A stretch of 32,000 nt of DNA from Nitrosospira multiformis ATCC 25196 (lineage in GTDB: Bacteria > Pseudomonadota > Gammaproteobacteria > Burkholderiales > Nitrosomonadaceae). The stretch spans positions 600,001-632,000 of the forward strand of contig NC_007614.1 of assembly GCF_000196355.1 (NCBI RefSeq). Reading direction: 5' to 3'. Made by a program: the position numbers and the translations under genes. This document shows positions 8,745-17,260 of this stretch, piece after piece. Numbering within the stretch: the first letter of the stretch is position 1; every line of letters begins with the position of its first letter. Under the pieces are notes generated by a model. That model was not told the origin of the DNA. It searched no databases and was given only the letters and a program-made list of their open reading frames with translations.

Positions 8745-8828
8745 CAACCGGGTTGATCAAATACCAGTGTTCATACCGGTTTCTACAATTCTCAGGCTGC
8801 TTGGTGAAATATCCGGGCTAACTCCCAT

Positions 8829-8872
8829 TAAATAGTTTACACCGTTAGTTACACCGTTTGGAATGAATCTGG
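8829..8872 (-). repeat. Degenerate extra copy of the 3' terminus (last codons plus stop context) of the lipoxygenase gene
   Basis: TTAAATAGTTTACACCGTT/AGTTACACCGTTTGGAATGAATCTGG at 8829..8872 matches CTAAATGGTTACACCGTTCGGAATGAATCTTGG at 10090..10122 (encoding RFIPNGVTI-stop). The copy carries an internal ~12-bp tandem duplication (GTTTACACCGTTA / GTTACACCGTTT). Confidence 0.6.
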
Positions 8873-9338
8873 CAACTGGGTAAAAACCAGATATATCGGC
8901 TTTATAGCGAAGAGCAGCCTCAGCTTCCCTCGAAACTGCCCAGGCAACGCAAGACGAGGGTCACATGCCAGGCAAAGCTCAAGCGGACCAACCCCATGAA
9001 GGGTGAGCATGCACTTTATGCCGGGCCAACTGGGCCAACGGGATGAAATTCAGGATGGAATTTCAGTACGCGGACGATGGTGGATGTCTTCAGCAAGGAA
9101 GCGCTGGTAATCGGGTAGGTCTGCGTCTGCAAAGAGAACAGGCAGTTTCCACGCTAAATCGACTGGCCGCACACCTTCAGGCCTCTCCAATATCTTTTTG
9201 TCGAAGCCCAATTCTCCGGATAGTTGCGGTAGGGCGAATCAACCCCCCTCAGGTGTTGCGCCAGTTGTGGAGCGGCTACGTGGGGTAATACGCACTTGTC
9301 ATCGCCATGGATAAATGGTTCACAAAAGGAGAGCGATT

Positions 9339-9974
9339 ATGTCTAGAGAACTTGATCGTCGGGATTTCAGTACGAACAAGGTAACGCCGGTGCAAGAGGC
9401 TGAGCTGAACTCACGCGCCTCGGACGTCTCAACTCGTCTTCCTGGAGGACATCCGGTCCGAATTTCGAGCTTCGATGCAACTACCGGCAACCCCAGGGTG
9501 ATCACCTCGGACGGTGCGTCGGCAGAGAAGGGTAACTACATTCCGCGAGCCTTGGACCACGTACGGAGTGTTAGTGGGGTTTTGGGCTTGGCTGTAACCC
9601 AACCGCCCGAGTTTACGGTTGATCCCCATATCCAGGGGACCAGCAGTGGCGCCGTAATCGTTCACCTGCAGCAGCAATATAAGGGAATCCCCATCTTCCA
9701 GGCGGCGCAAGCCGTGCGCTTTAGGCCTGGCTGCGCGGCGCCCTGTGCTTGGCCTGGGAGGTGATCCTGGCGATGCCCGGCTACCAGGGTCAGTACCGCA
9801 CGATTGTGGATGCCGACAACGGCGAGGATACTGTACTGCCACCAGATGGTGCAGACAGTGGCAGCACGCGGGAATGTTTACCGTGTCGATGGAGGACCGT
9901 GGCTGGACTTCAAGTTTCTCTTCGGCAGCAGGAATCTTGCCGGAGAGGACCGCATCTACGCTGCGGTTGCCTAA
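9339..9974 (+). pseudogene. Frameshifted, truncated remnant of a secreted thermolysin-like (M4-type) metalloprotease: propeptide (FTP/PepSY-like) region only
   Basis: ATG 9339 follows AAAGGAG. An FTP-like motif SSGAVIVHLQQQYKGIPIFQAAQAVRF is present. Continuity is then lost and a PepSY-like stretch resumes in another frame (ALCLAWEVILAMPGYQGQYRTIVDADNGE). A further +1 shift gives ILYCHQMVQTVAARGNVYRVDGG, ending at TAA 9972..9974. No HEXXH catalytic domain follows. Confidence 0.6.
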
Positions 9975-10089
9975 CCACGGCTTCGGCTTCCAGCCGACGC
10001 CAAAATCGGGCGTGGCTGAAGCGCAGCCCCCTTGTATACCCCTAAATCCTACCTATAAGAAAAGAACTTCAGACGTATTTCAGGAATGA

Positions 10090-11751
10090 CTAAATGGTTA
10101 CACCGTTCGGAATGAATCTTGGATTCATGCGATCATAGGCGAAAGAACGTCTGCTATTTCTTTGGTCGATTTCCTCTTCTATTTCCTCCAGCCTGTCCCC
10201 AAACCGCTCTATCACCTCGTGTGCTTCAGAATCGAATTGCTTTAAGTTGTACTGACCGATCGAGTTGACACAAAAATTTGTCAGAAAATAGGTCCAGGTT
10301 TGCGAATAGGCGGCTCGAAAGGTCGGCAGAAACTTCAATAAGCCAGCTCCATCAATTTCAGCGTTTTTTCCAGCCGGGGGCGGCGCATAAGCTGAATGCG
10401 GCATATTGGGAACGAATCCCGGATACTTGTATTGGTTGAAGTGAATGCAGGAATGAAAAGCAGTACATAGAAAAATGATATGACCGAGAGTCTCGCTCAG
10501 CTCTTGCCTGGATTCGAATCGGGCAGGAAACCCGGGAATCCTGCCCCGATCCTGCGCACTGATATCATGTGCCCATGCCTGAGTTTCATAGTCATCAGTA
10601 ACATCCGCTTCAGATTTGTAATATAAATCGACATATTCTTTACTGAAGCTTTGAATCGCATTCCATAACAAAATGCCATCATCGCGATAGGGATAAAAAA
10701 GATCAGGATTATCGACTTCCCGCCTCGCAATATCATCGGAGAAGGCGGATTCTTTAAAATTAAAGCTTGTCATGCCATTGGCCATGCATTGCGTCATCGA
10801 GTCATAGTCTCCGGCAAATAACTCACCGTACCGGCCGGGTCGTCCCTTCCGGTCTTTCAGGAAAGTGTGCTGGTGATTGACATTGAGCGTGTGCTGAAGA
10901 TGCGGATTCAATAGAACGTAAAGCGGGTGAGATTTATAAAGCTGTCTTCGTGAAGCCATGATAATGGCTTCCATCACGTAATGAATACGGGTTGCATGGG
11001 TATACAGGATGTGATGGTTGCCATCCGCGACCTGGGCAAACATTTTTGCTGTCAGCCAGAGATTACCGTCTTTTGACGTATAGATTGGATTATCGGACCT
11101 GTCATCCTGGTATAGCTGGATGGCAACCGGCCGCAGCATGCCGTCCGGTTGCAGAAACAACACGACGATCGGAGTCGTGACATATTGTTTTTGCCCGTCG
11201 ATATAACCCGGATTTGACTGCAATACATCCAGGACTGCATAGTCCAGGACGTATATGCGTTTTTGCGCGGTGGCAGCCATATAATCGATTTCATCAATCT
11301 GCTCTTCAAAAATTTTTCGCATTTCTGCTTCCGGCAGTTTTTCCGGTAGAGGATTCTGACGGGTTACAGCGCGCAACATCACAGGATTTACTCCAATGAC
11401 GCGTTGCAGGCCAAATATCAGGTCTTGCTGGAAGCTATCCACGAGATCGGGGTTTGGAGGACTCGCCGGAAAAAAAACATAATCCCGATAACTTTCCATC
11501 GGCTTGCCGAGCAAGTAGCGTAAAAAGGTAACCGATAGGCTGGGTAAACTTGGAATCAGCCGTAAAAGATTCATTCCCCCACGGAGCCAATATCCAATGC
11601 CCGGTATCTCCCGCCATGGCAGTTTGCGCGCGACTGCAATAGTCTCGGCATACTCATAGGCGTATTGATACTCAGCTTGCCTTTGAAGAAGATAATTCTT
11701 CCGCTCTTCTTTACCTGTATTTTCTTCATTCTGCGGTAGCTTGTTCGACAC
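10090..11751 (-). CDS. Lipoxygenase (553-aa mini-LOX, catalytic domain only)
   Basis: GTG start at 11751 with AAGGAG 6 nt upstream. Motifs are WLTAKMFAQVADGNHHILYTHATRIHYVMEAII (His247-x4-His252), AFHSCIHFNQYKY (His433, His437) and a C-terminal ...RFIPNGVTI with terminal Ile. These are the classical LOX iron-ligand motifs. Confidence 0.9.
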   Translation of the reverse strand: MSNKLPQNEENTGKEERKNYLLQRQAEYQYAYEYAETIAVARKLPWREIPGIGYWLRGGMNLLRLIPSLPSLSVTFLRYLLGKPMESYRDYVFFPASPPNPDLVDSFQQDLIFGLQRVIGVNPVMLRAVTRQNPLPEKLPEAEMRKIFEEQIDEIDYMAATAQKRIYVLDYAVLDVLQSNPGYIDGQKQYVTTPIVVLFLQPDGMLRPVAIQLYQDDRSDNPIYTSKDGNLWLTAKMFAQVADGNHHILYTHATRIHYVMEAIIMASRRQLYKSHPLYVLLNPHLQHTLNVNHQHTFLKDRKGRPGRYGELFAGDYDSMTQCMANGMTSFNFKESAFSDDIARREVDNPDLFYPYRDDGILLWNAIQSFSKEYVDLYYKSEADVTDDYETQAWAHDISAQDRGRIPGFPARFESRQELSETLGHIIFLCTAFHSCIHFNQYKYPGFVPNMPHSAYAPPPAGKNAEIDGAGLLKFLPTFRAAYSQTWTYFLTNFCVNSIGQYNLKQFDSEAHEVIERFGDRLEEIEEEIDQRNSRRSFAYDRMNPRFIPNGVTI

Positions 11752-11822
11752 GAGGCACTCCTTTAAAAATAAGGTTTTCGCCTGGTTTCCATAGCCTTTC
11801 TATGTGCCCTATCTTTCACTGA

Positions 11823-13418
11823 TCACTGGACAGAGGTATTGAAGCTTGCAAGGACCGTATCGCTATCCCTTACATTACGTTTGACGATATCCGCAAGTGA
11901 GCTTGTTTCTTCAATAACGGATTGCCCAACTTTTGAAAATGTTTTTTCATTGTGTACATAAATCGATACAAGCGGGTTTGTCAGCGCATGGGTAAACGCA
12001 TCGTACCCCACCATCCGTACCATAAGGCGTCCAAGACTGAAGCCTTCATCATGATCTTCAGCAAATATGCCCACCTGCCACTCCAGATCGTCGATTCGGT
12101 CGTTATAAAGATCCTTCAGTTCCCGCTGTAGTTCGTTGTCTTCCGTCAATTCTTCGAAACTCCGTAAACGGGGCATGCTGAACGCTTCGCGATAGTCATT
12201 GAAAGGGCGCAGTCTGGCCTGCCGTCCCATTGCGATGGACCGCTCCATGACACTTCGATTATCGTCAGCAATGGGCAGCGGATAGAAAAAATAATCGTGC
12301 GTATTGTGAAGACCAATACGGCCCGCTCTTTGCATCGATGCAGCCGTTATCAACCTTCCAATGCCGTGTTGAATTACCAGCGGGGTATTGTTGCGAAACG
12401 CATCCAGCGGATAGGACTGGTTACCGACTCTGTAGCTTTCCGGGACCATGGAATGCCACCGGTACAGGAGGTTGAATTCCAGAGAGATCCAGTTGGTGCG
12501 GTACCAGCGTTGCCTTTCCGCCAGATCAGGGGATGGGTCGAGGGTAAAACCAAACTGTGTAAAACGCGAAACGTAATCTGCCAGAACCACTTTGATCAGC
12601 AGCACGACCATGATGTTTCTTGCCGTCTGAAACAGGCGTTCATCATCCCATTTTGGGTAAGCTTCTTTTAGCAGGTCACAAATCCGGTTGTGTTCACGCA
12701 GCATCACGGTATTCATTATGGTATAGCCAACCGATGAGTTGCCGTGCTCCAGTCCGGCGGCAAACACGCGTTTCAACCGTTCCTCGGGGACATTGCTAAA
12801 AACAAAATCCAGAACCTCGCGGGGATGCAGCTTCTCGAATTCTTTATCTGCGAATACCCAATTGCCCGTGGTCGTTTCCTCCACGTTAAAAAGGTAGGGA
12901 GGAAAAATTTCTCCACCGATAATCTGGGACTTCAGCTTCCCATCTTTTTTCAGCCGTAAATAATGCGTGATTTCTTCCCGCAAACCATAGATCTGGCAAA
13001 GATCGATTTCATGGTTCGATGTATTTTTCCGGCGATCGCGAAAATCCGTCCTGAGGAAACTATCGGTAAACCACTGGGCAAAGAAAGCAAACAGTATGCT
13101 TGTATCGACCGAAGGTATTTCCTTGTTCTCTTTTCTTCGCCATAAATCCACGACTCTTTGCATGTCCGGAAGATTCTGATCGCCTTCCGCCTCCGCCAGG
13201 TGGCGTCCGGTAAATGACTTGTCAGTCAACGATTGCCATGTCGTATAAGATGAAGCCAGCGAGAACGGCCGGGGCCGAGGATTGGTGGAATAGGCTTGCC
13301 AATTGATAAAAGCGTCACTGATAAACCGCCGTAACCATGTTATCCGCGAAACAATTCTGACGAGCCAGGGAAATCTGTTTGCAATCCGAAACAGGATCGG
13401 AAAAAAGAATTCATACAT
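11823..13418 (-). CDS. Cyclooxygenase-like haem peroxidase (animal haem peroxidase / PGHS-like family)
   Basis: Long colinear similarity to vertebrate COX as I recall it: FAFFAQWFTDSF, LKKDGKLKSQIIGGEIFPP, MLREHNRICDLLKEAYPKWDDERLFQTARNIMVVLLIKVVLADYV, EFNLLYRWHSMVP, RLRPFNDYREAFSMPRLRSFEELT. The gene sits 71 nt upstream of, and co-directional with, the lipoxygenase. Confidence 0.9.
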   Translation of the reverse strand: MYEFFFPILFRIANRFPWLVRIVSRITWLRRFISDAFINWQAYSTNPRPRPFSLASSYTTWQSLTDKSFTGRHLAEAEGDQNLPDMQRVVDLWRRKENKEIPSVDTSILFAFFAQWFTDSFLRTDFRDRRKNTSNHEIDLCQIYGLREEITHYLRLKKDGKLKSQIIGGEIFPPYLFNVEETTTGNWVFADKEFEKLHPREVLDFVFSNVPEERLKRVFAAGLEHGNSSVGYTIMNTVMLREHNRICDLLKEAYPKWDDERLFQTARNIMVVLLIKVVLADYVSRFTQFGFTLDPSPDLAERQRWYRTNWISLEFNLLYRWHSMVPESYRVGNQSYPLDAFRNNTPLVIQHGIGRLITAASMQRAGRIGLHNTHDYFFYPLPIADDNRSVMERSIAMGRQARLRPFNDYREAFSMPRLRSFEELTEDNELQRELKDLYNDRIDDLEWQVGIFAEDHDEGFSLGRLMVRMVGYDAFTHALTNPLVSIYVHNEKTFSKVGQSVIEETSSLADIVKRNVRDSDTVLASFNTSVQ

Positions 13419-13688
13419 AATCTCCTACCCCTTCTTCGCGTAGTTGGCAAATCACCCCTGAATCCATATTCTTGTTTTTAGAACGTGGTATGCACGGGTA
13501 GAGAGATCGACAAGCCAGCGATGAATTGCTCATTTTCCGACTCTGTCAACCTGCATGCTCAAATGGCTGCTTTTCGCCGCCTAGGCTGGAATCGGAAGTC
13601 CCGCGACCCGCACAAAAACATGCTTTGTCGTAAATATCGTCAATTCACAATAGTTCATAAAAAAGGGGACGTCAAAACCGGTGATCTG

Positions 13689-13716
13689 TTGTAAAAGCTG
13701 AAAAATAGCCTAATAT
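13689..13716 (+). promoter_or_regulatory. Candidate sigma70 promoter TTGTAA-N16-TAATAT upstream of the S8 protease gene
   Basis: -35 at 13689..13694 and -10 at 13711..13716, about 47 nt upstream of ATG 13763. Pattern only. Confidence 0.25.
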
Positions 13717-13762
13717 CAGAATGCGAATGCAACGTTATCCCGGCTCATGACAAGAGGTTCCG

Positions 13763-15859
13763 ATGTCCCCTTCCCACCAGCCCCCGGAAAGTCAGCCCAC
13801 TGTCAAAGTTTTTGACCCGCTGGAGCTTGACCGTTCCGTGATTGCCATTCCTCTTCTGCGGCAGATGGAGGAGGAATTAAGAGGAATTGAAGCTTTTCGG
13901 GCTGCACATCCGTTCCCCGAAGATGGAGAATTCAATACGCTGATCGAATACAACAGGGAATTCGATGGAAAGCCGGAGGAGATGCGGGAGTTGGTCGTCA
14001 AGATGGCCGAAGAGGCGGCAGCGAAGGCATTGGAAGCATCGAAAAAACGAGTCGAAGAGAGCAAGGAGATAGCCCCAGCGGGAACACGGGGCACGCCGGT
14101 GCGCGGTGGCTCGACAAGGAGTCGGGCTGATATTTACGGAAATCCTTTTTTGATGGAGCAACGGCGCGACAAGGATCTCCAGGAAGCGGTCGGGAATCAG
14201 AAAATCGGACCGGTCTCGGAGGACGGCGCCTATAGCTTTGCCAGCTTGCACGCAACCATAATACGGCGAATATTAGCCGCAAACGAACGGCTGTCACAGG
14301 GTGAGGAAGCTTCAAAGAAACCACCTATCCTTCGGATCCACCCTACACGTTATGAGGTCATCATCGATATCAATCTCGAATATCCGGGTGGACGGGAAGA
14401 GGCCCGGCGCTGGATTTACCAGAATATCGAAGAGGCCAAGAACAAAGCGAAAGTGTACGACGCGGGTCAGGATATTCATCTCAAGAAGGAACAGCGCGAA
14501 AGCGGCTACATGTTCGCCTGCCTGGAAGCTCGTACCATCAAGGCGCTTATCGAACTCGATGTTGCCCAGGCAAAGGTGAAGGCGCGCGAAGCTCAGGCAA
14601 AAGTGGGGGATACGAGCCATGAAGCGAAGGCTCGTGCAGCAAAAATCAACCCGGCCAAGTTTCGCGCCATCTTCCGCATATGGCCGGATTTCGAGATTTC
14701 TGCCTCCATCACCCACTCCATCGCCACGATAAAAGCCGATGCAGCGCAGAATTCTTTTTCCGCGCGGGGCGCCGGAATCACCTGGGCGGTGATGGATTCA
14801 GGAATAAAGCAGGATCATGGGCACTTTCGCAAACACAACAATGTCGATAAAGACTCCACATGGCATAAAGACTTCACGGCGGACGGCAGCGATCCGTTCA
14901 ACGATGAGAACGGGCATGGAACGCATGTGGCAGGCATCATTGCCGGCGAATGGCGTCCGGCAGGTGCACCAGGAGGGACACAAGTGGCCGCGCCAGCGGA
15001 GGTTTCACCTCCGGCGGGCGATTCCGCCGCACCATCCCGAATTCCTGTAGCGGTTTCCCGTTATCTGAAAACGGGTTCCGAAGATGTCGAATACCAGCAG
15101 ATAAAACTCGTGGACGGCATCAGCGGGATGGCGCCGCGCTGCAAGCTGATAAGCCTGCGGGTGTTGGACGAAAACGGAAAAGGGAGTGTGAGCAATCTCA
15201 TTGCGGCCATCGCCCATGTGCAGGAGATCAACGGTTACGGCCGAAAGCTTCTGATCCACGGAGTCAACATGAGCCTGGGATATACCTTCGAGCCCGAATG
15301 GTTCGCCTGCGGCCAGAGTCCGCTCTGCGTGGAGGTTGACCGGCTGGTAAAAACCGGCGTCGTGGTCGTGGTCGCCGCAGGCAATACAGGTTACGGCACG
15401 TTGAAGGCCGCCACAGGCGCGCTCTCGGCAGGAATGGCGCTGACCATCAATGATCCCGGCAATGCGGAACTCGCCATTACAGTGGGTTCGACCCACCGCG
15501 ACATGCCGCACGTTTACGGGGTTTCCTATTTTTCCTCGAAAGGCCCGACAGGCGACGGCCGCCTCAAGCCGGACCTCGTCGCGCCCGGCGAAAAAATCAT
15601 CTCCTGCGCCACGGGTCAGTTAAAAAGCGAGGGCGCACAGGGGATCGAATGCGACTACGTCGAAACCAGCGGCACGAGTATGGCAGCTCCCCATGTCAGC
15701 GGCGCGATCGCAGCGTTTCTCTCGGTGCGCACCGAGTTCATCGGCAAGGCAGAACGTGTTAAAGAGATTTTCGTTGATACGACTACTGACCTGCGGCGCG
15801 ACCGCTACTTTCAGGGCAGTGGTCTCGTTGATCTGATGCGCGCTATTCAGTCGGTGTGA
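13763..15859 (+). CDS. Subtilisin-like serine protease (S8 family) with a ~330-aa N-terminal extension
   Basis: The Asp/His/Ser triad motifs are in canonical order: WAVMDSGI (D345), HGTHVAGIIAG (H385), GTSMAAPHVSGAIAAF (S639), plus oxyanion AAGN. SD AAGAGG lies 5 nt upstream. The N-terminus MSPSHQPPESQPT... has no signal peptide. The N-terminal third is charged and coiled-coil-like. Confidence 0.85.
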   Translation: MSPSHQPPESQPTVKVFDPLELDRSVIAIPLLRQMEEELRGIEAFRAAHPFPEDGEFNTLIEYNREFDGKPEEMRELVVKMAEEAAAKALEASKKRVEESKEIAPAGTRGTPVRGGSTRSRADIYGNPFLMEQRRDKDLQEAVGNQKIGPVSEDGAYSFASLHATIIRRILAANERLSQGEEASKKPPILRIHPTRYEVIIDINLEYPGGREEARRWIYQNIEEAKNKAKVYDAGQDIHLKKEQRESGYMFACLEARTIKALIELDVAQAKVKAREAQAKVGDTSHEAKARAAKINPAKFRAIFRIWPDFEISASITHSIATIKADAAQNSFSARGAGITWAVMDSGIKQDHGHFRKHNNVDKDSTWHKDFTADGSDPFNDENGHGTHVAGIIAGEWRPAGAPGGTQVAAPAEVSPPAGDSAAPSRIPVAVSRYLKTGSEDVEYQQIKLVDGISGMAPRCKLISLRVLDENGKGSVSNLIAAIAHVQEINGYGRKLLIHGVNMSLGYTFEPEWFACGQSPLCVEVDRLVKTGVVVVVAAGNTGYGTLKAATGALSAGMALTINDPGNAELAITVGSTHRDMPHVYGVSYFSSKGPTGDGRLKPDLVAPGEKIISCATGQLKSEGAQGIECDYVETSGTSMAAPHVSGAIAAFLSVRTEFIGKAERVKEIFVDTTTDLRRDRYFQGSGLVDLMRAIQSV

Positions 15860-15897
15860 TTTTGAAAGTATAAAAAAGAGAAAAAAGGAGCACGGCC

Positions 15898-17214
15898 ATG
15901 AATGAAATCGCGGGAATTCCTTATGTGGAAGCAAGCTTCGACAAGAACGGTCAGGGTCCTGAAGAGGAGGTCGCTCTGCCTGCCGGGGTGACCGACCTTA
16001 TCATCATGTCGCACGGCTGGAACAACAACAAGTCCAAGGCAGAAGATCTGTATAACGGTTTTTTTGCAAGCTTTGCCGCTGCCGCCCAGCCAAACGATTT
16101 ATCCGCCCGAAAGCTTGTCATTCTGGGGGTATTCTGGCCATCCAGGGAATACGATACGTCTGTTGCCGTTTCAGGTACTCCTGCCACTGGGGGAGGCGGC
16201 GCCGCCCTCGGGGGTGGAAACGGCGGTTCGATCAAGCGGCTGGAAGAGAAACTGGACGACATGAAAGAAATCTTCACGGAGGCGGAACAGAAGAAACTTC
16301 TTGATGAGGCGAAAGCATTGCTTCCGGATCTCGAGGAAAAAGCCTCGGTCCGGGATCTATTTGTGAACAAAATGCGCTCCCTGCTCGATCCGAGCGCTGC
16401 AGGAAAAGAGGATGCGTCCAATATCTTCTTCAAGGATGGCGGCAACGAACTGATGAAAAACCTGAAGGCCGAGGAAGAGGATCTGGGCGAGGATGTCGCG
16501 GGAGGCGGGGCAGCGTTGCCGCTCGGGGTGAGCACTCCTGCGCGGGCAGAAGGCGGAGCGGCGGGATTGGTAGAAATTCTTTCGGGATTCAAGGCAGCTG
16601 CCATAAACCTGCTCAACTATACCACCTACTACGAGATGAAGACGCGATCGGGAACCGTTGGAAAGAACGGGGTTGCCCCGCTGATCGATAAACTTGCCTC
16701 GCAGGTCGAACGCATCCATCTGATCGGGCACAGCTTCGGCTGCCGTGTCGTCACCTCGGCGGCACTCGGCTCGAAAACCGACAAGATAAAAAGCATGATA
16801 CTCCTCCAGGCGGCCTTCTCCCAGAACGGTTTTTCAAAAATTGAACAGGGATTTTACCGTGCGATCGTGGATAATCATCGAGTCAAGGGCCCGGTCCTTA
16901 TCACGCATACGCCCAATGATAGAGCAGTAGGTCTGGCGTATCCGCTCGCATCTCGCATCAGCGGCGACAAAACCATGGCGTTCGGCGATAAGGATGATCT
17001 GTTTGGAGCGATGGGCCGTAATGGAGCGCAGAAAATGGAGCAGGGCGAAGCCGTCGAAGGCAAGCTGCTTTCCGTAGGCGGCCCCTATGCTTTCAAGGCC
17101 AATACTTATTTCAATCTCGAAGCCAGCGATTTCATCAAGAACCACAACGACATAAAAGGGAAGGAAGTTGGCTACGTGGTCCGCAAGGTCGTCGCAACCG
17201 CAGGAATGGGCTAA
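15898..17214 (+). CDS. Alpha/beta-hydrolase-fold protein (DUF900-like), function unknown
   Basis: AAGGAG lies 7 nt upstream. Motifs are IIMSHGWNN (oxyanion-type HG), nucleophile elbow LIGHSFG (S279), then THTPNDRAVG (Asp) and KNHNDI (His) in S-D-H order. A Gly/Ala/Glu-rich ~160-aa insert is present. No signal peptide. The gene starts 38 nt after the S8 gene. Confidence 0.7.
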   Translation: MNEIAGIPYVEASFDKNGQGPEEEVALPAGVTDLIIMSHGWNNNKSKAEDLYNGFFASFAAAAQPNDLSARKLVILGVFWPSREYDTSVAVSGTPATGGGGAALGGGNGGSIKRLEEKLDDMKEIFTEAEQKKLLDEAKALLPDLEEKASVRDLFVNKMRSLLDPSAAGKEDASNIFFKDGGNELMKNLKAEEEDLGEDVAGGGAALPLGVSTPARAEGGAAGLVEILSGFKAAAINLLNYTTYYEMKTRSGTVGKNGVAPLIDKLASQVERIHLIGHSFGCRVVTSAALGSKTDKIKSMILLQAAFSQNGFSKIEQGFYRAIVDNHRVKGPVLITHTPNDRAVGLAYPLASRISGDKTMAFGDKDDLFGAMGRNGAQKMEQGEAVEGKLLSVGGPYAFKANTYFNLEASDFIKNHNDIKGKEVGYVVRKVVATAGMG

Positions 17215-17220
17215 TCGCCA

Positions 17221-17260
17221 GCAGAGCCGCCGAAGGATTCAGGGCGAACGGAGGCTCTGC
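17221..17260 (+). terminator. GC-rich stem-loop 7 nt after the hydrolase stop
   Basis: GCAGAGCC...GGCTCTGC inverted repeat (8 bp plus extra pairs) at 17221..17260. It lacks a U tract, so intrinsic-terminator status is uncertain. Confidence 0.3.

Noticed and set aside
9043-9288. 81-aa + strand ORF in the decayed spacer
   Set aside because: It has no SD, no motif and an implausible composition. It lies in a region where all six frames are broken. I also tried the reverse frames for transposase- or LOX-like remnants and saw nothing convincing beyond the LOX 3'-end copy.
13485-13694. 69-aa ORF in the COX-like/S8 divergent intergenic region
   Set aside because: It has a non-ATG start, no SD and overlaps the likely promoter region. 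No family resemblance.
15951-16616. 221-aa minus-strand ORF rich in Ser/Ala/Pro
   Set aside because: It is the mirror image of the Gly/Ala/Glu-rich insert of the alpha/beta hydrolase gene, so it is a compositional artefact.
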